DNA of 64,000 nt, from assembly GCA_050246315.1 (NCBI GenBank), contig JBFWWG010000002.1:561159-625158 (forward strand). Direction: 5' to 3'. Origin of the DNA: Nitrospiraceae bacterium (lineage in GTDB: Bacteria; Nitrospirota; Nitrospiria; Nitrospirales; Nitrospiraceae). A program made the position numbers and the translations under genes. Positions 17,162 to 26,008 of the stretch are shown piece after piece. The notes beneath the pieces are model-generated. The model did not search any database. It saw nothing but the letters and a program-made list of their open reading frames with translations, and was not told the DNA's origin. How positions within the stretch are numbered: position 1 is the stretch's first letter; every line of letters begins with the position of its first letter.

Positions 17162-17980
17162 TTAGCTTGACGCCTTCGTAATCGAGTGGCCGAGATGCAA
17201 CAACCGGCACGGAACCGGAGCCATCGTGCGTTCAGCGCGCTTGATCCAGGCCTCCCAGGCGCCGACCTGGACATCGATCCGTTCGCCCGGCGCCCATTGA
17301 ACCGACGAGCAGGGCGAGGGAGCAATCTGAGCTGAGATGGAGACCTCTCCGAGATCCAGCGATAACAACTGCCCTTCGGAGGTCTGCCGGATATCGGTCA
17401 ATCGTGCCCGCAACCAGATGCGCGCATCACGATCGGCATGCCACGTCCAACGACCACGGATGGAGTCATTCGATGGCTCAGGCCGTTCCACGTGCAGCGT
17501 CACACGGGAGGGATCCACCACCACATTGACCGTATCCCAAGTTTGCAAGCCGGCGGTCTGACTGCCCTGGGGCTGTACACTCTTCAAGATCACCTCGTCT
17601 CCATGAAGCTTGACAGTGACAACCGGGAGGCTGCCCTCTCGTTGAACCAGCACCACGCGTCCGATCCATCGATTCCAGCGTCGCCGACCCCGGCGGAACA
17701 AACCAGCCTCCAGACAAACCGCCTCCGCTGGAATCCGAGCCGTGACCTTCTGGCCGGCCAGGAACGACAGGTCGCCTGAGGTCTGTTCCGTCCATCGCAC
17801 CCGCAGGCGCGTGCGATGGCCCATGACCAATCGCACACTGAACCTGGTCAGCCCTCGATGAACCGCCTCAATCACCCCCGGAAGCAGGTTGTGCCCGCTC
17901 GATAGGACTACCTCGCCTCCCGGTGGACCTGAGACGGGTCCGTCCCTGTCAGGCAGCATCGGTTGCCTCATCCAGTCCAT
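17162..17980 (-). CDS. Multi-TOBE-domain protein
   Basis: Repeated TOBE-like units (SGHNLLPGVI...GQKVTARIPAEAV; WNRWIGRV...DTVNVVVDPSRV; WLRARL...GERIDVQV); GGGAGG RBS. Confidence 0.65.
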   Translation of the reverse strand: MDWMRQPMLPDRDGPVSGPPGGEVVLSSGHNLLPGVIEAVHRGLTRFSVRLVMGHRTRLRVRWTEQTSGDLSFLAGQKVTARIPAEAVCLEAGLFRRGRRRWNRWIGRVVLVQREGSLPVVTVKLHGDEVILKSVQPQGSQTAGLQTWDTVNVVVDPSRVTLHVERPEPSNDSIRGRWTWHADRDARIWLRARLTDIRQTSEGQLLSLDLGEVSISAQIAPSPCSSVQWAPGERIDVQVGAWEAWIKRAERTMAPVPCRLLHLGHSITKASS

Positions 17981-18045
17981 GGTCTGCCTCCCTTCAGTGG
18001 TCATGATGACGATGGCCGCCGGCATTCGGCCGGCCGGCATCGTGA

Positions 18046-19830
18046 TCAGAAGAATATTTGATACTGCACCCGAATCAGGTTCTCGATGAGCGTGCCTCCG
18101 CGGGCATCAAGGGGAACCGTCCCGGATTGAGGAGGAAGGGGTGCGCTGCGACCGATCGCATAGCCGTCGGTGCCCATCGCGATGTTGCTGTAGGTCACCA
18201 TGATCTGATGGTCGTAGGTGCCGTTCAGAAACCAGTTGAGCGAGAGGTCCACCTGCTTGACCAGATCTCCGCCCGACCGAGTGTCGGGATCCCAATAGGC
18301 ATAGCGGCCGGCGATCTCCAGATGACGAGGGATGACGTAGTAGCCGGTTTGCACATACCATCCGGTCGCATTGCCGAGCAGCCCCGGAGCCGAGGCCAGA
18401 CAGCCCGTGTTCGGATCGTTGTTCGCCACCGGCCGCATGCAGGGCAAGCCCTTCTCGTGCCTGGTGATGTTCTTAAAGTAGTATTCCGCCTGCAGCGAGA
18501 AGCCTCGATACTTGAACACGCCGTCGAGCCCCCAGGTGAGGTAGTCCACTATCCCCCACCCGAGCTGACGGGCGTTGCCGTATGCGGCAATCTGCCTGCG
18601 AAAATTGAGATTGGCCAGGTCCGTGCCGATGTAGGAACTGTTGGAACTGGCATTGACCGCCGGGTTATAGGCGATCCCGCCGCCCACGGCCATTTGAGGC
18701 GTCTCCGAATAAACGATGTCACCCTCTCCATATCCTGGGCGGCCCATGATGTTCCAATTCAAGCGCGCCGTGTACATCAGCTGGTTGACGTCGTTCCGTA
18801 GGTTGGCGTTGATGTTGCGTTGAGGACCCGGACAGCCGCTCGGCGAGGGCAATGGATTCTGGCCGGTCGTGCCCCCCGGACAACCATCCGTCGGCTGCTC
18901 GCTGAAGAACCCGCCGAAGCGGTTGAAACTCGGTCCGGCCCCGTTGAAGATTCCCAAGTAATAATTGACCGGGTAAATTTCTTCATCGTTCATAATCGTG
19001 ATGCCGATGTCCCGCCGATCCAGTCCGCTGGCCGTGAAGGCATCCATCACCAAGGCGCGCTCGGCGAACTGCATCGAGGCCGTCGAATTGATCTGCGCCC
19101 GGTTGGAGAAGACCTTGTACTGGCCGAACATGACGTTGAACAGCGGGTAGTGGGTGCTCTGGAAGGACAAGTCCAGGAGCCGGACCGATCCCGGGGTTTG
19201 GGAATTCTCCGCCGTCTCCCCGGAAAGCTGTATGAAGTATTTGAAGTCGGGATTGAACAGGTGCCCCATGAAATAGAGTCGGGCGCGCCGCACATTGAAC
19301 GAGGACCCTGTTTCATCCGACCGGTTGGCTCGATAGTCCCCGAACACGCCGAGCAGCTCTGGAAAATTCTTGGCATCCCCGGGATCTCGATAGGCGTCAT
19401 TCCGAAAGCGCTGGGTAAAGCGTAACTGCGCGCGAAACCGGATTTTCAAGTAGAACGCGTTGTCGTTCATTGAAAAATTGAACCCGCGGTCGTACCAGCT
19501 CCTGGAACTGGGTGAAAGGAGATAGGACCGTTCTTCCGATTCTTTCTTGACCTTCTCGTATTCCTCCTCCGTGATGAGCCCGCTCTTCAGCGCCCTCTCC
19601 AATAGCAGCTTGGTGGCTGGATCGGTGCTTTCCACGAAGACATACTTGCCGTCCTTCTCGATCAACTTCCCCGCATCCGCGGCATGGGTCTCGGAACCGA
19701 CGGCAAGTGCCACGGCTACGACAAACAGACCGAGACCAAGCCGTCGTCGTTCCCGAGGGAAAATCAGGCCGACCGGCCGATCGACCAATCGTGAGATCAT
19801 CGTCATGTAAGCCTCTCCTGTGTTGGTCAC
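18046..19830 (-). CDS. OprO/OprP-like outer membrane porin (paralog 2)
   Basis: FNVRRARLYFMGH, GQYKV, RRDIGI, YRGFSLQAEY, C-terminal YQIFF; homologous to 1682-3322. Confidence 0.78.
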   Translation of the reverse strand: MTNTGEAYMTMISRLVDRPVGLIFPRERRRLGLGLFVVAVALAVGSETHAADAGKLIEKDGKYVFVESTDPATKLLLERALKSGLITEEEYEKVKKESEERSYLLSPSSRSWYDRGFNFSMNDNAFYLKIRFRAQLRFTQRFRNDAYRDPGDAKNFPELLGVFGDYRANRSDETGSSFNVRRARLYFMGHLFNPDFKYFIQLSGETAENSQTPGSVRLLDLSFQSTHYPLFNVMFGQYKVFSNRAQINSTASMQFAERALVMDAFTASGLDRRDIGITIMNDEEIYPVNYYLGIFNGAGPSFNRFGGFFSEQPTDGCPGGTTGQNPLPSPSGCPGPQRNINANLRNDVNQLMYTARLNWNIMGRPGYGEGDIVYSETPQMAVGGGIAYNPAVNASSNSSYIGTDLANLNFRRQIAAYGNARQLGWGIVDYLTWGLDGVFKYRGFSLQAEYYFKNITRHEKGLPCMRPVANNDPNTGCLASAPGLLGNATGWYVQTGYYVIPRHLEIAGRYAYWDPDTRSGGDLVKQVDLSLNWFLNGTYDHQIMVTYSNIAMGTDGYAIGRSAPLPPQSGTVPLDARGGTLIENLIRVQYQIFF

Positions 19831-19860
19831 ACCATGGATGAGCTGGAGACCAATGACTGC

Positions 19861-20562
19861 TTATTTGGTGGAACCAGGAGAGGACCTGGTCGCGCCCTGT
19901 CCTGCTTCCCCTGATTGGAGGAACTTGCGAAGCTCCACCGCTCGGATTTCTTTGGGGTCGGTGACCCAGAAACGTCCCGGGTCGAAATACAGGATGTAGT
20001 CCTTCGCCGGTGGAGGCGGCGTGGGATAGTTGCGGTAGTAGAGATCGGCCTTCCTGACCGGGACTTGGGTGTGATACTGCTCGACCGTGAGGTACAGGTA
20101 CGGTTCCCTGACCGCTACCCAACCGGACAGCAGATCTCTTCCATACTCCGGATTGTTGCCGGGGCCGAGCAGGGCGAAGTGCGCCCGTTCATCGGGTCCG
20201 ATCCGTTGGAACGCTTCCACGAGATACGGAGCAACCAGCTCGATCTCGTCCTCTCGAAAGACCGGTATCGGAGGGGCCTCTTCGGTGAACCACCGCAGCG
20301 GCAGACGTTGCTGCACGCGCAAGGAAAATCCCTTCAACAACGCGGCGACTTCGTCCGACGTCAAGGTGACCGGGTGGGTGAAGGACGGTTCATCGATGGT
20401 TCGCTGGGCCGTCACCACGACTCGCGGCCCCTCGTAGATCGTCTGCGTGGTATACGGAACCCGCGCACAGCCGGCCGCCGCGACGGCGATCATGGCCGCC
20501 GCCATCGCGAAGCGCGTCCTCGATCGAGGCATCTCATCCTGCGCAACCGTTCTCCTCTTCAT
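19861..20562 (-). CDS. Hypothetical lipoprotein, paralog of 4184-4918
   Basis: Lipobox AAGC; THPVTLT, VFREDEI and GWVAVREP motifs. Confidence 0.75.
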   Translation of the reverse strand: MKRRTVAQDEMPRSRTRFAMAAAMIAVAAAGCARVPYTTQTIYEGPRVVVTAQRTIDEPSFTHPVTLTSDEVAALLKGFSLRVQQRLPLRWFTEEAPPIPVFREDEIELVAPYLVEAFQRIGPDERAHFALLGPGNNPEYGRDLLSGWVAVREPYLYLTVEQYHTQVPVRKADLYYRNYPTPPPPAKDYILYFDPGRFWVTDPKEIRAVELRKFLQSGEAGQGATRSSPGSTK

Positions 20563-20656
20563 CGGTCCCCCTCATCTGTTCGAATGGTTGTCGTATTTAA
20601 TAAAATAAAAGACTGTTATACTTGACACCCTAAGCACAAAAAATACGAGGCTCCGA

Positions 20657-21511
20657 TTAACGAACGACGGGCCGGGCGTAATTGGCTCCCGGCACGCCAT
20701 AGCCCGCGCTCCGAACGATGCGTTGCGCCTCGGGCGTTTGAATGAACGCCAAAAAATCTTCGCAGAGCGATCGATTCGGGCAGTACCGCTCCATCGCCAT
20801 CGAGTGCACCGTCGGCTCATACCCACGCTCTGCCACCGCCACGATCCGAACCCGTTCCCGTTCCCTCACCGCCTCATGCTCGAAAATGATGCCCAGGTCG
20901 GCCTCCCCGCCGAGGACATGGTCAAGGACCCCTCGAGAGTCGGTCGCGACGTCCAGCCGGCCTCGCAACTTCCCCTTCAGATCGAACTCTTGCAACACCT
21001 CCTCCGTCTGTCTCCCCAGATTGGTCCGTTGCGGTTCCGCAATCGCGAGCCTGAGCCCTTCGCTTACCCGTCCGAGTTCTTCAAACGATTCCGGAGCATC
21101 CGCCACCGCTTCAGGCGCGACCAAGACCAGACGTTCCTTGGCATAGGCCCGTTTGGTGCCGGGCAGGACGTAGTACTTCATCTCCAGTCGGGTGATCAGC
21201 TCGTCGCCGCCTGGCGCCACCAGATGAATCGGGCCCCTCCCGATGAAAAATTCTCCGGTCATGCTGTTCTCCATCCCGGCAATCGTCCGCCTGAGATCCA
21301 ACCCATCATCGAAGTACAACATGACTTTGACATGCTGATGTTTGGCTTCATAGGCCTCGGCAAGCGCCTTCAACGGCACGCCCAGGCTCGGCGACCCGGC
21401 GATCACGAGCACCTCTCGGGATTGGCCGGCATGGGAGGGCACGGTAAGGCCCCCTACGGCGGCCATGGCGCACAGGTACAGCAACGGACGCATCATCCGT
21501 ATGATTCTCAT
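20657..21511 (-). CDS. Divergent ModA-like periplasmic binding protein (paralog 4)
   Basis: AGSPSL, YAKERLVLV, LAIAEP, GEADLGIIF, FLAFIQTPEAQRIV..AGY. Confidence 0.72.
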   Translation of the reverse strand: MRIIRMMRPLLYLCAMAAVGGLTVPSHAGQSREVLVIAGSPSLGVPLKALAEAYEAKHQHVKVMLYFDDGLDLRRTIAGMENSMTGEFFIGRGPIHLVAPGGDELITRLEMKYYVLPGTKRAYAKERLVLVAPEAVADAPESFEELGRVSEGLRLAIAEPQRTNLGRQTEEVLQEFDLKGKLRGRLDVATDSRGVLDHVLGGEADLGIIFEHEAVRERERVRIVAVAERGYEPTVHSMAMERYCPNRSLCEDFLAFIQTPEAQRIVRSAGYGVPGANYARPVVR

Positions 21512-21564
21512 GACCTCTCCTCTATCAATCCATCCTCTGGTCGTCGTGCGCGAACCATTCGTCG

Positions 21565-22761
21565 TTAGGCTGAGCGCTTGTCCAACAGCTCCCGCACCAT
21601 CCCGGTCTCTCTCGTATCGTAGCCGCCCAACGCCTCCACTTCCGTCCGGAACGGACGGCTCACGATCGTATCCAGAAACTGCTGCAGCGCCGGATGGGAT
21701 TTCAACAGGACGGCCGAGACCACCAGATCATAGCGCTCCGCTTGCAGCGCGAGAAAATCCAAGCCGAATGCCGCAGCGGCCGCGCCCACTCCCACACCCA
21801 CGTCCGCCATGCCGTCCGCGACGGTGCGGGCGACGGCAAAATGCGACGGCACGACATGGCGGTATCCCCTCACCTGCGCCGGCTTCACACCGGCATCGGC
21901 CAAGCGCTGATCCAACAACAACCTGGCGCCGGCGCCTTCTTCCCGATTCACGAGCGTGACATCTCGCCGCCCCAGGTCGCCGGCTTCCCTGATCCCACGG
22001 GGGTTGCCTCGCCTCACCAACCATCCCTGTTCCCATGCCGCAAACGTGACGACGGTATACTGTTCTGGATCAAGATGCCGCCGCAGATAGGGCAGATTCG
22101 ACTCTCCGGTCTTGCGGTCCACCACATGAACGCCGGCAACATGGACCTCGGATCGCTTTAGCGCCTCCACGGCCGCCGCGCTGCCGGCCATCCACCCGAC
22201 GACCGACGCCCCTCCTTGGCGACGCCTGAGATACTCGCCGGCCAGGTAAATGGCGGGATCGCAACCAGCCACCGCAATCTCCTCACGGATCGACGCCCAT
22301 TCCCGCAGCAACCGGACACGGACCTTGGTGCATCCGTGCTTGGATTTCCCCGAAGGCAGACCCGTGACGAGTCCATCGGCCGGAACGGTATAGGTCAGCA
22401 CCTCCCCCAGATGCGTCACCGGCCTGACGATCACGCGGGACCCGACTTGCACCACCTTCACGCGGTGGCGCAGCTCACTGCCCGCCGCGGCTCGCTCCAC
22501 CCCGACCAATTCGCCCTCGATCTCTTCGCCGCTTGAAATCAAATTGAAGAGGTCTTCGATACGGCAGTGCAGCACGCCGGCCAGTCTCAGCGCAACCGCA
22601 GTGGTGGGCAGGTATTGATTGGCTTCGATCGCGCAGACCGCCTGTCTCGTGATGCCGGAGCGCGCGGCCAATTCGGTTTGCGAGAACCCGCGCCCCATCC
22701 GAACCTGGCGCAGGCGATTCTCGATATTCTCAGCCGGCTCGGCTTTGCTCTTGTCGCTCAT
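21565..22761 (-). CDS. XRE-HTH transcriptional regulator fused to a PBP-like (molybdate-sensing type) domain
   Basis: FSQTELAARSGITRQAV..IEANQYLP; GSAAA, HVAGVH, RRGNPRGI, VNREEGAGAR, ERYDLV. Confidence 0.85.
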   Translation of the reverse strand: MSDKSKAEPAENIENRLRQVRMGRGFSQTELAARSGITRQAVCAIEANQYLPTTAVALRLAGVLHCRIEDLFNLISSGEEIEGELVGVERAAAGSELRHRVKVVQVGSRVIVRPVTHLGEVLTYTVPADGLVTGLPSGKSKHGCTKVRVRLLREWASIREEIAVAGCDPAIYLAGEYLRRRQGGASVVGWMAGSAAAVEALKRSEVHVAGVHVVDRKTGESNLPYLRRHLDPEQYTVVTFAAWEQGWLVRRGNPRGIREAGDLGRRDVTLVNREEGAGARLLLDQRLADAGVKPAQVRGYRHVVPSHFAVARTVADGMADVGVGVGAAAAAFGLDFLALQAERYDLVVSAVLLKSHPALQQFLDTIVSRPFRTEVEALGGYDTRETGMVRELLDKRSA

Positions 22762-22770
22762 GGGGCGCCA

Positions 22771-22803
22771 CATGTAACAAATAGAAGCGGTGATGTCAAG
22801 TAT
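22771..22803 (-). promoter_or_regulatory. Putative promoter of the XRE-PBP regulator
   Basis: ATAC-TTGACA-N17-TACATG ending 9 nt before the ATG; weak -10. Confidence 0.4.
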
Positions 22804-22937
22804 GCTGTCACCTCCTCGCACCGTCCAGACGTGGCCGAAAGCCGTTTCCGGCAAGGACACCGAATACCCTAATATCCATCAGGAGTACGGAGGTAGGCAT
22901 AGCACGATCAATACCCATGTATCGCTCGACAGGGGTG

Positions 22938-22973
22938 GCAGGGGCTTGTCGACAGGAGCGAGCAAGCCCCTAC
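22938..22973 (-). repeat. GTAG-type REP-like palindrome
   Basis: Minus strand GTAGGGGCTTG...CAAGCCCCTGC; 9-bp perfect stem at 22940-22948/22963-22971. Confidence 0.45.
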
Positions 22974-23049
22974 TACAAGCGAGGCGAGCGGGAGACGGTG
23001 GGCTCCTCGATCGCACGGAACAGGTCGAATGAAGCCCGCCGCAGCGCCT

Positions 23050-23889
23050 TTACGGTCCAGTCAGTTCAAGATAGTCCGGCCAGTGGTCACCCGTCCCTTT
23101 TGGATGCATGGATGGATGCATGGACGCCGGCACGCAGTAGGCCAGGCCGTCTTCTCTGATCACGACCTCAAGCTCAATTCGATAGAGGCGTCGCAGCACA
23201 TCTTTGGTCATCACGTGGAGTGGATGGCCTTGGGCGATCGCCGTTCCGCCGGACAACAGTACGACCTTATCCGATACCTGAAACGCATGATCAGGAAAAT
23301 GGGTCGATTTGATGACCGTATAGCCTTCGGCGGCCAAGTTGCGAATATGCTCCAAGAGGCGGAGCTGATTGCCATAGTCCAGACCGCTGACCGGCTCATC
23401 CATGATCAATAACCGGGCGCCTTGAGCCAATGCCCGGGCAATCAAGACCAACTGCCGTTCTCCGCCGCTGATGGCCGTATACGGACGCTGCGCCAAATGC
23501 TGGATGCCAAGCCGGCCGAGCGCCGACATGACAATGGAACGGTCCCGATTCGAATACCCTCCATAGAAGGATTGATGGGCCAGACGCCCCAGCATCACCA
23601 CGTCCCGAACCACATAGGGAAATGATAGGGAGTGCGCCTGAGGAACATAGGCCATTTTGCGCGCCATCTCACTCCGAGACAGTTGCGCAATCGGCTGCTC
23701 GTCCAACAAGACGCGGCCTGCCGCAGGAGCCAGGAGCCCCAGCAGGATTTTGAGCAGCGAACTTTTCCCACTTCCGTTCGGCCCCAACAAAGCAAGCACC
23801 TCTCCCTTCTCAACTACGAGGGAGACCTCCTGCAGGACCGTGCGGTCGCCATATTTGAACGCAATCCTCTCCGCTTCCATGAGACTCAT
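23050..23889 (-). CDS. Type II (FecE/MolC-like) ABC importer ATPase
   Basis: GPNGSGKS, YVPQ, ISGGERQ, MDEP, STHFPDHA. Confidence 0.92.
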   Translation of the reverse strand: MSLMEAERIAFKYGDRTVLQEVSLVVEKGEVLALLGPNGSGKSSLLKILLGLLAPAAGRVLLDEQPIAQLSRSEMARKMAYVPQAHSLSFPYVVRDVVMLGRLAHQSFYGGYSNRDRSIVMSALGRLGIQHLAQRPYTAISGGERQLVLIARALAQGARLLIMDEPVSGLDYGNQLRLLEHIRNLAAEGYTVIKSTHFPDHAFQVSDKVVLLSGGTAIAQGHPLHVMTKDVLRRLYRIELEVVIREDGLAYCVPASMHPSMHPKGTGDHWPDYLELTGP

Positions 23890-24959
23890 GAGAGCCATCC
23901 GCTGCGCACGTGACGAAGCACCGCAACGAACACGGGAATGCCGATCAGTTCCGTCGCCACGCCGATCGGCACCTCCACCGCAAAGAGACTCCTCGCGAGA
24001 TCATCAACGCAGAGGAGAAACAAGGCGCCGATCACCGCACTGGCCGGCAGGACCCGTTGATTGTTGGCTCCGACCAGCAGCCGAGCGATATGGGGGATGA
24101 CCAGACCGACCCACACGATCATTCCGGCAAGCGTCACCGTTAACGCGCTGACCAGTGTGGCGCAGGCGATCACGGAGAGCCGGATTCGCGTCACATTGAC
24201 GCCGAGCGTATGAGCTTCCTCATCGCCCATGCTCAGAGCATTGAGATACTTGGCCGAAGCCATGAGGGCGACGGTGCCCAGGATCATGGGCCCGGCCAAC
24301 AGCAAGACGGTGCGCAGGTCCACGAGTGAGAGGCGTCCCATAAGCCAGAATACGATGGCCGGCAACTGATCGTACGGATCCGCTAACGCCTTCACGATGG
24401 ACAGCAGGGCCGTGAACAGACCGCCGGTAATGATGCCGCCCAAGACCAACATCAACAGGGAATCCGCTCCATAGAATCTGGCAATCAACAACGTAATCCC
24501 CACCGCCGCCAGTCCCATGAGAAACGCCCCGAGCTGAACCATAACCCACGAATCTCCGACCAGCATCGCCGCTGCCGCCCCGAACGAGGCGCCGGCCAAG
24601 ACCCCAAGCAGTCCGGGCGACACCAACGGGTTGCGGAACATGGCTTGAAAAGCGGCCCCGGACACGGAGAGCGCCGCACCGATCAACATGGCCGCAAAGA
24701 CGCGAGGAAGCCGGAGATCGAACACCACGGTTTTCAGTTCGTCGTAACGTTCCGGAGCAAGGCCCGCGACGCCAAACGTCGTAGTCATGATGAGGTGGTA
24801 CAAGTCGGACCATGGCACGGGATAGCGCCCGATCGCCAAAGACACGACGCCCATCCCGATCAACACGGGCACGGACACCCAGACGGACATGATCCACCGT
24901 ATGAACGGCGCCTGATCGATCGACCGCATGTCCATCGCAATATCGGTCTGTCCCATCAT
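23886..24959 (-). CDS. FecCD/BtuC-family ABC permease (MolB-like)
   Basis: RLPRV, FRNPLVSP, LPAIVFWLMG, LSMGDEEA, WVGLVIPH. Confidence 0.93.
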   Translation of the reverse strand: MMGQTDIAMDMRSIDQAPFIRWIMSVWVSVPVLIGMGVVSLAIGRYPVPWSDLYHLIMTTTFGVAGLAPERYDELKTVVFDLRLPRVFAAMLIGAALSVSGAAFQAMFRNPLVSPGLLGVLAGASFGAAAAMLVGDSWVMVQLGAFLMGLAAVGITLLIARFYGADSLLMLVLGGIITGGLFTALLSIVKALADPYDQLPAIVFWLMGRLSLVDLRTVLLLAGPMILGTVALMASAKYLNALSMGDEEAHTLGVNVTRIRLSVIACATLVSALTVTLAGMIVWVGLVIPHIARLLVGANNQRVLPASAVIGALFLLCVDDLARSLFAVEVPIGVATELIGIPVFVAVLRHVRSGWLS

Positions 24960-26008
24960 GGAATTCCTTTCAGCATCTCCTCCGCCTCCTCCTCCGACAA
25001 TTGATAACGGAAGAACTGGACGTAGAACCGCTTCATTGCGCCGGTCAGATCCACGTCACCGACCCGACCCGGATGGAACAGCGTCGCAGCCCACAACACT
25101 GTCAGCGGCTGCTCGGCCGTTCGGTATCCCCACGGATGAGCGCCGGCGGGAATCGCATGGACCCGTCGCTGGCGGACCGCCTTCACGTGCCGGAATCGCG
25201 GCTCCTGATAGACTTGCTCGATCTCAACCGGAGCGCTCACGATCAGAATATCGGGATTCCACGCCAACACCTGCTCGGGCGACACCGGCAGACTCTCGGT
25301 CAGGCGGCCGTCGGACGTCACGCTCACTCCCCCACCTTCCGTGATCCACCATTCTCCGATCAGATGCGGCACACTCATCATTCTCAGGCTTAAGAACAAG
25401 ACGCGAGGCCGATCGGAGCTTGGCAGACTCCCCACGGCCGATTGAACGACCCCCAATGTCTCGCCCAGAAACTCCAGGTATCTTCTGGCCTCATCACGCC
25501 GCTCCAGCGCCTCCCCCAGCAACACAATGGTGCGCTCCATGTCGTCACGGTTCCTCCACGAGAGGCACAGGACGCGTAAGCCCTTGTTCGTCAACGCGTC
25601 GGCCAGGGCACGATCCATGGTCAATACGACATCCGGGCGGAGTGCGATCAATGCTTCCATATTGGGTTCGTGGCCGGGTCCCTGGACGACGGGGAGCGAG
25701 GAGAGTGCCGGAGCGATCCGTCGCTGATACTGGTGGCGTCGGGTCTGCGCAAAATAGGGAAGCCCGTTCACAATGGCATCGCCTCTTCCCAACGCGAAGA
25801 CAAAGCTGTTCAAGACCGGAACAGGCCCGAGCGTGGCGACTCGCGTAATGCCGGCCGGCAACTCCACCGTCCGACCCGCCAGATCGACGAACGTCCGCGC
25901 TGCGCCGCTCCCTTGGCCCAATGCCGGTGAGGAACGCGCACCGACCAAGAGCAGACACCACAGCAGCGAGCATGCAAGGATCGCTGCAACCCGACATGAC
26001 CGATTCAT
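24956..26008 (-). CDS. Helical-backbone (class III) periplasmic binding protein
   Basis: Signal peptide; DLAGRTV, PNMEALIALRPDVV, EQVLAWNPDIL, AHPWGY; ATGA overlap with tonB. Confidence 0.88.
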   Translation of the reverse strand: MNRSCRVAAILACSLLWCLLLVGARSSPALGQGSGAARTFVDLAGRTVELPAGITRVATLGPVPVLNSFVFALGRGDAIVNGLPYFAQTRRHQYQRRIAPALSSLPVVQGPGHEPNMEALIALRPDVVLTMDRALADALTNKGLRVLCLSWRNRDDMERTIVLLGEALERRDEARRYLEFLGETLGVVQSAVGSLPSSDRPRVLFLSLRMMSVPHLIGEWWITEGGGVSVTSDGRLTESLPVSPEQVLAWNPDILIVSAPVEIEQVYQEPRFRHVKAVRQRRVHAIPAGAHPWGYRTAEQPLTVLWAATLFHPGRVGDVDLTGAMKRFYVQFFRYQLSEEEAEEMLKGIP

